The notes under the pieces: generated by a model
Database searches by the model: none
Seen by the model: the letters and a program-made list of their open reading frames with translations, nothing else
What the model was told of the DNA's origin: nothing
Shown: positions 19,047 through 26,935 of the stretch, one piece after another
How the letters are laid out: every line of letters starts with the position of its first letter
Position numbering within the stretch: position 1 is the stretch's first letter
Origin: a bacterium
GTDB lineage: Bacteria; Elusimicrobiota; Elusimicrobia; UBA1565; UBA9628
Assembly (NCBI GenBank): GCA_021782205.1
Contig: JAJXVH010000006.1
Coordinates: forward strand, 11,058-75,057
Length of the DNA: 64,000 bases
Direction: 5' to 3'
Translations under genes and position numbers: made by a program

Positions 19047-21460
19047 GTCGCGTCCTTGGGCGCGCCCAGGGCGACGCGGAAGTCGCGGCCCTCCCAGCGG
19101 CCGGCTTCGGTCCAGTAAAAAGTGAAGTCCAGCGGCGCGCGAGACTCCCGGGACGTGGGAAGATCCACGTAGTGCACGCCGAACGACGTCGGCCGCGAGT
19201 TCGTGTCGGTGGAGCTCGCCCAGCCGTCGGCGCTCCAGCGCAGACGGAACGCCGCGCGCACCATCACGCGCAGCACGCGCCCCGCGGGGATGCGGCCCGG
19301 GCGGCGTTTGAATTTCCATATCTCCAGATCGCGCCGGCCCCGCCCGTTCAGGTAGCGGCGCGCGACCGGCTCCAGCCGGTCGAACACCGCGCCGTCTCGC
19401 GCGGAGCGCAGGAGCTTGATGTATTCGGCGTGCGCCCACAGCAAGGGCATCGCGGCACCCGTCGGACGTCCGAAATGCAGGGCGAGCTCCGGCCGGTCCT
19501 GCTCGTCCCAGATCTGCTCGGGGAGCATCCCCCCGCTCGTCGCGAAGCCTTCCAGCGCGCGCAGGTACGGCGTCACGTCGCGCCCGGCGGAGAGCTCGTA
19601 GTGGCCGCGCTCGCCGGTCAGTATCGGCCACGGCCGGCCCTTTCCCCAGCCCAGGAACGGCCCGCCGTCGGGACGCTGGCCGTAGCCGTCGTGGTTGTAG
19701 CGCCGCCAGCAGGGCCCGAACGGCGTCTCCACTTTCAGCACCGCATCCACGACGCGCAGCGAGTCCTCGATGAGCGCGTCGCCGGGCCGCCTCAGGCCGT
19801 AGCGCACCAGCTCCAGGAAGCCCGCATCGACCAGGTCGCGGGCCGGCACATGATCAGGCCCTCCCGGCGGCACGTTGCGCAGCGGCACCACGGCCGTGTC
19901 CGGGTCCTCGTCGGGGCAGGGATTGGACGGGTCGGCGGGCAGTATGCGGATGTAGTGGCGCGGGACGCCGGGCAGCAGCGAGCCGCGCGACGTCGCCGTC
20001 CAGTCCTCGACGTGCGCCTCCAGAAAGTCCGCGTACTCCTCGATGAACGTCGCCCCGCTCTCGTCTCCCCCGCGCCGGATGAAGTCCGCGGCGCACACCA
20101 AGCCCGCGATCACGGCCGCCAACGTCGACGGCGAATAGCCGGAGTTCTCCTCCCAGCGCTCCTGCTGGGTCGACGGCCCCTCGCGCATCAGCCAGCCCGC
20201 CGCCGATTCCACCAGCGCCCGCGCCGGGGAGAACGCCTTCAAAGCGCCCATCGCGTCCAGGCGCCAGGCCAGGATCAGGGGAAAAGCCGTCTCATCAAGC
20301 TGTTTGCCCTGCCAGTACGGCTCGCCGTTGATCCAAAAATTCTGATAGAAGCCGCCGTCGCGCAGCTGCGACGCGGCCAGGTAGAGCAAGGTGCGCCGCG
20401 GCGTCTCCACGCTGCCGCCGGCGATCATGGCGCCCGCGCTCTGGCACAGGTCGCGCGTCCAGACCAGGTGGTAGCCGCCCAGCCCGCTCTCGTCGCCGTG
20501 CGCCTGGCCCCAGGGGATGCTCAAAGAGGCGATCATCGCGCCCGGATAGGTCTTGTCCTCGTGGGCGATCAGGAGCTTGCGGCTGGCGCGGTAGAGCCGG
20601 CCCTCGTCGCCGGCGAACTCCTCCAGGTCCAGGGTGTCCGCGGAGGCGCCGTGCCACTGGCGGCGGAAGCTCTCGCGCTGGTCGGAGAACGGCGTGGCCA
20701 GAGCATCGAAGGCCGTCGTGACCGCGCCGTGCAGACGCGAGCCGAAGGCGATGGCCAAAGTGAACTCGCGCCCGCGCGACAGGTCGATCTCCGCGGTCAG
20801 GGCCACGTTGCCGTTGAGCGCGTGGCCGTACTGCCAGGTCATCGCCAGATGCTTCTTGACGTCCGTCCAACCGTCGCTGACGCCCACGTAGCCGCAGCCG
20901 GTCTTGAGAAACGGCGCGCTCGCGACCATCGCCAACCGGTGCGTGTCGCGCGCCGCGGCCAGCACGGTCCGCCCGGCCACCGGCACGCGGAAGGCGCTGT
21001 TGCCCATGCCGCCCATGCCCAGGTGCGGCGCGAGCAGGGCGTACAGACGCAGGTCCTTGAGCGCGTCCTCCTTGCCTTCCAGCCGCGTGTGCACCAGCAC
21101 GCAGGGCAGATAGGGATCGCAGATCACCTGATGGACCAGGCGGTAGCGGCGCTGGGGGTCCTCGTTGATGATCCGGTAGCCGAGGCAGTGCTCGTCGAGC
21201 GGCTCGACGGTGGAGACCAGGTCGCGCTTCTCGTCGTGGCAGAACGTTTTGCCGTCGCTGATCAAATACTGAAAGTCGCGCACCTGCGGGTGGTCGACGG
21301 TGGGCGAGTAGATTTCGTTGAGGATGCCGCGCGAGACGGTGAACCAGACGCGGCTGGCCGTGTTGTAGGCCGTGCCGACGGCGTCCTTGGCGCTGCCCGT
21401 CCAGCGCGGCTCCATGCCCGGCGCCCCGAACGCCCCTTCGCCTTCCAGCGTCACTCGCAT
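19043..21460 (-). CDS. GH15-family glucoamylase/glucodextranase (bacterial type with N-terminal beta-sandwich)
   Basis: Motifs LVWTRDL, QQERWEENSGYSPSTLAA, PEQIWD. Start taken at Met13 (MRVTLEG); the ORF-track start at 21496 is also possible. Confidence 0.85.
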   Translation of the reverse strand: MRVTLEGEGAFGAPGMEPRWTGSAKDAVGTAYNTASRVWFTVSRGILNEIYSPTVDHPQVRDFQYLISDGKTFCHDEKRDLVSTVEPLDEHCLGYRIINEDPQRRYRLVHQVICDPYLPCVLVHTRLEGKEDALKDLRLYALLAPHLGMGGMGNSAFRVPVAGRTVLAAARDTHRLAMVASAPFLKTGCGYVGVSDGWTDVKKHLAMTWQYGHALNGNVALTAEIDLSRGREFTLAIAFGSRLHGAVTTAFDALATPFSDQRESFRRQWHGASADTLDLEEFAGDEGRLYRASRKLLIAHEDKTYPGAMIASLSIPWGQAHGDESGLGGYHLVWTRDLCQSAGAMIAGGSVETPRRTLLYLAASQLRDGGFYQNFWINGEPYWQGKQLDETAFPLILAWRLDAMGALKAFSPARALVESAAGWLMREGPSTQQERWEENSGYSPSTLAAVIAGLVCAADFIRRGGDESGATFIEEYADFLEAHVEDWTATSRGSLLPGVPRHYIRILPADPSNPCPDEDPDTAVVPLRNVPPGGPDHVPARDLVDAGFLELVRYGLRRPGDALIEDSLRVVDAVLKVETPFGPCWRRYNHDGYGQRPDGGPFLGWGKGRPWPILTGERGHYELSAGRDVTPYLRALEGFATSGGMLPEQIWDEQDRPELALHFGRPTGAAMPLLWAHAEYIKLLRSARDGAVFDRLEPVARRYLNGRGRRDLEIWKFKRRPGRIPAGRVLRVMVRAAFRLRWSADGWASSTDTNSRPTSFGVHYVDLPTSRESRAPLDFTFYWTEAGRWEGRDFRVALGAPKDAT

Positions 21461-21613
21461 CCGTTCGACCTCCGGGCCGGCCGCGGCCGCGTCCACGCTA
21501 ATTCTTCGGCGCGGGCGCTGTCAAGGCGTACGACCCGCGCGGTTAGACGCCGGCGGGGACGCGAACCGGCCTCTCCGGCCGGCCGCTCAAGGAGCTCGCC
21601 CTCTTCACGCAGG

Positions 21614-21629
21614 TAGGTCTTTAGACCTA
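21614..21629. promoter_or_regulatory. Palindrome TAGGTCT-TT-AGACCTA in the divergent GH15 / secreted-protein intergenic region
   Basis: Read directly. A third AGACCTAGA half-site lies at 21671-21679, next to a TAGAAT hexamer (21676-21681). Confidence 0.3.
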
Positions 21630-21722
21630 GTCTTACATGGGACCTGCGCCTCATGCGCCGCGCCCCCGAAAGACCTAGAATAAAAAAGGTCGCATGCGCT
21701 CATGTCGCACGGAGGTCCATCC

Positions 21723-22235
21723 ATGAAATTGACGATCGCAACGGCCGCGCTGACGGCGCTCTTCGCCGCCACGTCGGCTTCGGCGGCGCCGGACGCATCC
21801 GCCTCGTTCCAGACGGGCTTGACGGACGCGCTCCACCTCTCCGCCCAAATCAAGGCCTCCGCCGCGACCACCTTCCGCGGCAACGGCGACGTGCAGGGCT
21901 CGGCCAGCATGTTCCCCTGCCCCATCGGTCCGTATGGCCCGCAAAACGGAAGCACCAGCGGCTCGGCCGACGTGTCCGGCGACGTCGCGGTCGCCAGCGA
22001 CGACGGCAAGGCTCACGGCACGATCCACGTCTCCGGCATCGTCTGGCTGGACGGCTTCTGCTCCAATGGCTGGACCGACATGGTCTCGGGCATCGGCACC
22101 ATCAGCGGCTCCGGGCCCGTCTACGGCGCCAACGGCAAACTGCTGGGCACGCTGAAGGTCAGCGGCTCGGCCTCCGTCAGCGGCATGGGCTCCGGCAACG
22201 TGTCCGGCACCGTCTCGCTCACCGGCTCGCTCTAA
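21723..22235 (+). CDS. Secreted Gly/Ser-rich hypothetical protein with repeated (V/I)SG motifs
   Basis: GGAGG lies 7 nt upstream of ATG 21723. Signal peptide MKLTIATAALTALFAATSASA. Followed by an intrinsic terminator. Confidence 0.65.
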   Translation: MKLTIATAALTALFAATSASAAPDASASFQTGLTDALHLSAQIKASAATTFRGNGDVQGSASMFPCPIGPYGPQNGSTSGSADVSGDVAVASDDGKAHGTIHVSGIVWLDGFCSNGWTDMVSGIGTISGSGPVYGANGKLLGTLKVSGSASVSGMGSGNVSGTVSLTGSL

Positions 22236-22247
22236 GCCGGACGTCCG

Positions 22248-22290
22248 AAAAAACCCGCGGCGGCGCCTGATGCGCCGTCGCGGGTTTTTT
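22248..22290. terminator. Bidirectional rho-independent terminator
   Basis: AAAAAA-CCCGCGGCGGCGC-ctgat-GCGCCGTCGCGGG-TTTTTT. The GC stem (one G.U) is flanked by A6 and T6. It sits between convergent genes ending at 22235 (+) and 22318 (-). Confidence 0.8.
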
Positions 22291-22317
22291 ATTGCGGCGC
22301 CTGTCGCGCCGGCCCGG

Positions 22318-23235
22318 CTACTTCAGATCGACGGTCGCCTCGACCGACATGCCCGGCGCGAGCAGACGCCCGCCCGAGGGCTTCTCATCCAGGACGATCT
22401 TGACCGGCACGCGCTGAACGACCTTCACGTAGTTGCCGGTCGCGTTCTCCGCCGGCAGGAGGCTGAAGCGCGAGCCGGTGCCGTCTTGAATGCTGTCGAC
22501 GTGCCCGCGCAGGGTCTGGTCCGGGTAGGAATCGACGACCACCTCCGCGCGCTGGCCGGGACGCATGCGCGTCAACTGCGTCTCCTTGAAATTGGCGACC
22601 ACCCAAGCCTCGTTGGGCACCAGCGCCAGCAGGGGCTGGCCGACCTGCACGTAAGCACCGGCCTCCACGGACTTGCGCGTCACGCGCCCGTCTTCCGGCG
22701 CGCTGACCTTCGTGTAGGAAAGATCCAACTCGGCGCGCCGCAGTTCCGCCTCGGCCTCGGCCAGGTCCGCCGCGGCTTGCTCCGCCGCGGCCTGCGCGTG
22801 GTCCAGCTCCTCGCGCGAGGCCTCGTCCTTGGCGAACAGCGCCTTGGCGCGGCCCAGGTCGGCCGCCGTGCGCTGGGCCAACGCGCGGTCGGAGGCGGCC
22901 TTCGCGCGAGACTGGTCGACGCGCGTCTGGAAGTCGCTCGGATCGATCTCGGCCAGCGCGTCGCCGGTCTTCACCGGCTGGTTGTCCTCGACCAGCACCC
23001 GCGCGACGTGGCCGGAGACGCGCGCGCTGATGGGCACCACGTCGGCCTCGACGAAGGCGTCGTCGGTGGACTCCGTCGGCGCGCGCAGCAGCAGCCACCC
23101 GCCCGCGATCAGGAGCAGGACGCCGCCGCCCGCCGCGTACGGCTTCCAGTTCGGGCCGCGGCTTCGCGCCGAGGCCGCGGCCTCGCCGGCGGCGGACGTC
23201 TTTGCGTGCTCCATGGTCTCTCCGTGAACGCTCAT
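22318..23235 (-). CDS. HlyD/EmrA-type membrane-fusion protein
   Basis: TM GGGVLLLIAGGWLLL, then STDDAFVEADVVPISARVSGHV, a coiled-coil, and NATGNYVKVVQRVPVKI (EmrA-like C-terminus). ATGA overlap with the OMP stop. Confidence 0.85.
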   Translation of the reverse strand: MSVHGETMEHAKTSAAGEAAASARSRGPNWKPYAAGGGVLLLIAGGWLLLRAPTESTDDAFVEADVVPISARVSGHVARVLVEDNQPVKTGDALAEIDPSDFQTRVDQSRAKAASDRALAQRTAADLGRAKALFAKDEASREELDHAQAAAEQAAADLAEAEAELRRAELDLSYTKVSAPEDGRVTRKSVEAGAYVQVGQPLLALVPNEAWVVANFKETQLTRMRPGQRAEVVVDSYPDQTLRGHVDSIQDGTGSRFSLLPAENATGNYVKVVQRVPVKIVLDEKPSGGRLLAPGMSVEATVDLK

Positions 23236-24536
23236 AGCTTGAACTCCAGCGCGCGGCCCACGGCCGCGGCGTAATTGACCCGCGAGGAATGATAGCGCGC
23301 CAGCGCCGACACCTGCGCGTTGCGCGCGCGCGCCAGCTCCGCCTGCGCCTCGACGAGCTCCACCGAGTCTCCCGCGCCCTGCGCGTAGCGGTCGCGCGAC
23401 ATTTCGAGCTCCCGCTGGGCCAGCGCCAGCGATTGTTCCGAGGCGTCCTCCTCGGCGGCCGACTCCGAGAGGCGCTCCAGGGCCGTGCGCACGTCGAGCT
23501 CCACCTGCTGCTGGGCGTCCGACAGCGCGGCCCGCGCCTCGCTCGTGCGCGCGTCCGCCTCGGCGATGCGCCCGGACAACTGCCCGCCGGTGAACAACGG
23601 CAAGGTCAGGAAGCCGCCCATGTCGCCGACGTTGACGGAGTTGGTCGGCAAGGTGCCGCTCTGCGCGTAATCGGCCGCGAACAGGACGCTCGGCGCGCGG
23701 TCGCCGCGGGCGGCGCGCGCGGCCAGGTCCTCGGAGCGCGCGCGCTCCTCGGCCGCGGCGATCTCGGGGCGGCCGGACTCCGCGTCCTCCAGCGACTGCG
23801 CCACGCCGGGAACGGTGGAGGACGCTGCGGTGAAGTCGTCGGTCAGGCGCAGCTCGCGCTCCAGCGGCCAGCCCGCCACGCGCTTGAGCAGGAGGAACGC
23901 CTCGCGGCGCTCCACCTGCGCGCGCAGCAAGGCCGCGGAGGCGTCCGCCGCGCGCGCCTGGGCGCGCACCACGTCCACGCCGGTGGCCGCACCCTGCGTC
24001 TTGCGGTCGCGCGCCAGCTCCAGAAGGCGATCGGCCACGTCCTTGTCGGCGGTCGCGGCCGCCACGGCGCGGCCGGAACGCACCGCCTCCAAATAAGAAA
24101 GCGCCGCGGCGGTGGCCACCTGCTCGCGCGCCGCCTTCTCTTCATAGAGGGCGGCGCGGGCGGCGGCCTCGTCGGACTGCGCGCGCTTGATCGCGCCCCA
24201 GTCGAACAGCTTTTGAGTCAGGCGCACGCGCGCGTCGAATGTGTCGTAGGGCCCGAGCAAAGTCGGAAAACCCGGAAAGCTCAAGCCCTCCGCGGCCAGG
24301 CTCACGCGGAACGTGCGCATCTCGGCCAGCGTCGCCGTCAACTGCGGAAGCAGATTGGCGGCGGTCTGCATTTCCTTGGCCCGCGCCTGAGCGGTCTTGG
24401 CGCCCGCGATAAGCGCGTCCAGGCGCGTGCCGACCGCGGACTGCACCGCGTCGCGCAGGCTGACCGACATAGGCTCATCGGCGCGCGCCGCGCCGAACGC
24501 GGCCAGAAGAATGCTCGTCAGAAAAACGCGTCTCAT
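23232..24536 (-). CDS. TolC-family outer-membrane efflux protein (module 3)
   Basis: ORF 23232..24989 trimmed to Met152 (MRRVFLTSILLAAFGAARA), which overlaps the tetR stop (ATGA). OEP repeats. Confidence 0.85.
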   Translation of the reverse strand: MRRVFLTSILLAAFGAARADEPMSVSLRDAVQSAVGTRLDALIAGAKTAQARAKEMQTAANLLPQLTATLAEMRTFRVSLAAEGLSFPGFPTLLGPYDTFDARVRLTQKLFDWGAIKRAQSDEAAARAALYEEKAAREQVATAAALSYLEAVRSGRAVAAATADKDVADRLLELARDRKTQGAATGVDVVRAQARAADASAALLRAQVERREAFLLLKRVAGWPLERELRLTDDFTAASSTVPGVAQSLEDAESGRPEIAAAEERARSEDLAARAARGDRAPSVLFAADYAQSGTLPTNSVNVGDMGGFLTLPLFTGGQLSGRIAEADARTSEARAALSDAQQQVELDVRTALERLSESAAEEDASEQSLALAQRELEMSRDRYAQGAGDSVELVEAQAELARARNAQVSALARYHSSRVNYAAAVGRALEFKL

Positions 24537-25189
24537 CGCGCGACTCCCTTCACCGGACGCGCGGACTTGGCACCCAGGCGATGCCGTCCCGCGTCGGAGA
24601 TCAGCCCTTCGAAATAGACGCGCACGAACGCCTCGTAGGCCGCGCTGATCTCCGCGCCGGTGTTCAAGCCCGAAATCTCCGGGTTCAGCAGAGCGCTGGT
24701 CATCGTCAGATACATCGACGCCAGCGTCTCCAGGTCCAGGTCGGCGCGCAGGACGCCCTCGCGCACGCCCTGCTCCAGCAGGTCCAGGATATTGCGCCGC
24801 ACCCGGCGGCGGCGGAACTCCTGCATGTCGCCCCAGACCTCCGGGGCGGAGCGGCGCAGGTCGGTCAGATAAGCGTGGGTCAAGCGCGAATAGAGCTGCG
24901 CGACGAAGCGGAACGTCCGCCGGGCGCGCTCGAAAAAATCCGACGTCTCCCGCGCGATCGACTGCATCTCGACCTGCCAGTTCTCGCACTTGAGGCGGCT
25001 GGCCTCGCGCAGGAGCTCCGTCTTGCCGGGGAACAGCTCGTAAAGCGTCTTCTTGCTCATGCCCAGCTCGCGCGCCAACTCGTCCATGGTCACGGCGCTG
25101 AAGCCCGCGGCCAGGAAGCGGTCCAAGGCGACCGCCACGACGCGGCGGCGGATTTCTTCGGGAGCGGCGGGCGGCACGGGGGGTGTCAT
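24533..25189 (-). CDS. TetR-family transcriptional repressor (module 3)
   Basis: HTH: TMDELARELGMSKKTLYELFPGKTELL. Confidence 0.9.
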   Translation of the reverse strand: MTPPVPPAAPEEIRRRVVAVALDRFLAAGFSAVTMDELARELGMSKKTLYELFPGKTELLREASRLKCENWQVEMQSIARETSDFFERARRTFRFVAQLYSRLTHAYLTDLRRSAPEVWGDMQEFRRRRVRRNILDLLEQGVREGVLRADLDLETLASMYLTMTSALLNPEISGLNTGAEISAAYEAFVRVYFEGLISDAGRHRLGAKSARPVKGVAR

Positions 25190-25202
25190 CGCGATAAACC
25201 TT

Positions 25203-25272
25203 GGAAACCGGATTAGTTTCTAAAGTTTATTATAGCGCGGACCCGGAAACTTGTCAAGAACTTCCGGTTTCC
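25203..25272 (-). promoter_or_regulatory. Consensus sigma70 promoter for tetR-3 flanked by GGAAACCGG-type repeats
   Basis: Minus strand reads TTGACA (25257-25252), a 17-nt spacer, then TATAAT (25234-25229). The motif GGAAACCGG / CCGGTTTCC occurs at 25203-25211 and 25264-25272 (inverted), and CCGGAAAC occurs at 25243-25250 inside the spacer. Confidence 0.55.
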
Positions 25273-25286
25273 GGCGCCGCCCGGCG

Positions 25287-26057
25287 TCAGCGGAATATTT
25301 CGGTGAAAAAATCCCGCATCGCGCGCCAGGAGCGTTCGTCGGCTTCCTTGTTGTAGGCCATGCCCGTGGACGGGTCGGAGCCGGCTTCCTCCACGGTGAA
25401 GCTGTGCACCGCGCCGCCGTAGGTGGTCAGCTCCCAGTCCGCCTTGACCTTGCGCATCTCGTCTTCAAAGCCGGGCAGGCCGGGCAAGGTCATCTGGTCG
25501 TCGCCGCCTTGGAAAACGGCGATCTTGGCCTTCGGCTTCTCGGTGGCCGGCGTGGGCGTGGCGAGGTTGCCGTGGAAGCTGACGACGCCCTTAAGGTCCG
25601 TGCCCATGCGCGCCAATTCCAGCACCGTGGTGCCGCCGAAGCAGTAACCGATGGCCGCCAGCTTCTTGTCGTCGACGTAGGGCAGCTTCTGGAGCTCCGC
25701 CAGGCCCAGCATCGCGCGGCGGCGCATCGCGATGCGGTCGCCGAAGAACGCGCCGGCCAGCTTTCCCGCCGTCTCATGGTCCTTGGCGTAGACGCCCTTG
25801 CCGTACATGTCGAGCGCGAACGCCGTATAGCCGAGCTTGGCCAGCATCTCCGCGCGCTTGCGCGCGTAGGGGCCGTGCCCCCACCACTCGTGGGCGACGA
25901 GTATTCCCGGACGTTTATCCGTGAAGCCGTCGTCCCAGGCCGCGTAGCCTTCCAGCACCACGTCCCCGTCCTTGTAGTCGATGACTTTCGTGCGCAGGCG
26001 CGCGAACGCGGGCGCGGCGAGCATGACGGCGGCGGCGAAGGCGGCGAAACGCTTCAT
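25287..26057 (-). CDS. Secreted dienelactone-hydrolase-family alpha/beta hydrolase
   Basis: Trimmed to Met21 (GGAGG 6 nt upstream). Signal MKRFAAFAAAVMLAAPAFA. ...GILVAHEWWG..., nucleophile elbow IGYCFGG, ...SFHG..., ...GAVHSF. Confidence 0.8.
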   Translation of the reverse strand: MKRFAAFAAAVMLAAPAFARLRTKVIDYKDGDVVLEGYAAWDDGFTDKRPGILVAHEWWGHGPYARKRAEMLAKLGYTAFALDMYGKGVYAKDHETAGKLAGAFFGDRIAMRRRAMLGLAELQKLPYVDDKKLAAIGYCFGGTTVLELARMGTDLKGVVSFHGNLATPTPATEKPKAKIAVFQGGDDQMTLPGLPGFEDEMRKVKADWELTTYGGAVHSFTVEEAGSDPSTGMAYNKEADERSWRAMRDFFTEIFR

Positions 26058-26126
26058 GGAGAGACCTCCTGGGCTGGTCACGGCGCGAACAGCATACAAA
26101 ACCTCGCGGCTGACCATCCTCGACGA

Positions 26127-26825
26127 CTACCGCGAAGCCGGGGGCTTCAGCCGAGCCAAACCGCGGCGAAAAAAGTCCCGCGCCTCAGGCGGCAGGCCGC
26201 CGAAAGCCGCGATGTCCGCCGCGACGCCGACCGGGTCGGCGGCCATCAAGCGGCCGACCCGGTCGGCGACGAGAAACGCCTTGGTGAATTTTCCGATCAC
26301 GGTCCGACGGATGAACGGCCGCAGGATCTTGACGACGCCGGAGACGAAGCGGCTGCGCATGCGCACGCAGACCACAAACGACGTCCGCGTCGCCTCCCGA
26401 CCGTCGGGCAGAGCGTGTTCGTCGAGTTCCATGGAGATCACGGCCTCGGCGCGGATGACCGGCCAAAGGCGGCTGCGATGCTCGCCTTCACCGTAATACA
26501 AGCGCCGCCGCTCGCCGCGCTCGACGAGGTCGACGACGCCGCTGGTGCCGTCTCCATCGTCGGCCAGCGAGCGCCGCGGTCCCAGCATCTGGATGCGATA
26601 GGGCGCGATCTTGCGCCGCCGGACGATGAACGCGGCCAGATCCGGGTGATCGAGCAATGCGTTCGACAGGTCCAGCGGCAGGGGCACGTCGCTGGGACCG
26701 ACGCGTTCGCTGACCGTGCAGTCCGCCTCGACGCGCCGCGCCTCGGCGGCCAGGTCGCGCGAAGCCTGCGCGCGCACGCGTCCGCACGCAATAAACGCCG
26801 ACACGACGAGCGCCGCAAGTTTCAT
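26127..26825 (-). CDS. Secreted hypothetical protein
   Basis: Signal-like MKLAALVVSAFIACG. Coding-like composition. No motif I recognise. Confidence 0.55.
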   Translation of the reverse strand: MKLAALVVSAFIACGRVRAQASRDLAAEARRVEADCTVSERVGPSDVPLPLDLSNALLDHPDLAAFIVRRRKIAPYRIQMLGPRRSLADDGDGTSGVVDLVERGERRRLYYGEGEHRSRLWPVIRAEAVISMELDEHALPDGREATRTSFVVCVRMRSRFVSGVVKILRPFIRRTVIGKFTKAFLVADRVGRLMAADPVGVAADIAAFGGLPPEARDFFRRGLARLKPPASR

Positions 26826-26935
26826 CGGCCGCCCTCAATGAGTCTCCGCCGCGGACGGCCATTGGTGGATCGCAACAGAACGTCCGGGGACGCCTCACGC
26901 CCCTTGAAATTCGGACGCCCGGAGCTATACTCAGC

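Noticed and set aside
19172-21616. 814-aa plus-strand ORF opposite the GH15 gene
   Set aside because: It is a GC-shadow (Arg/Ala/Gln/Val-rich, no motifs). The minus strand carries clear GH15 signatures.
25241-25275. CCGGAAAC...GTTTCCGG as the intrinsic terminator of the dienelactone-hydrolase gene
   Set aside because: There is no U-tract after the stem on the minus-strand transcript, and the stem arms coincide with the tetR-3 promoter repeats. I interpret it as operator-type repeats, but a dual role cannot be excluded.
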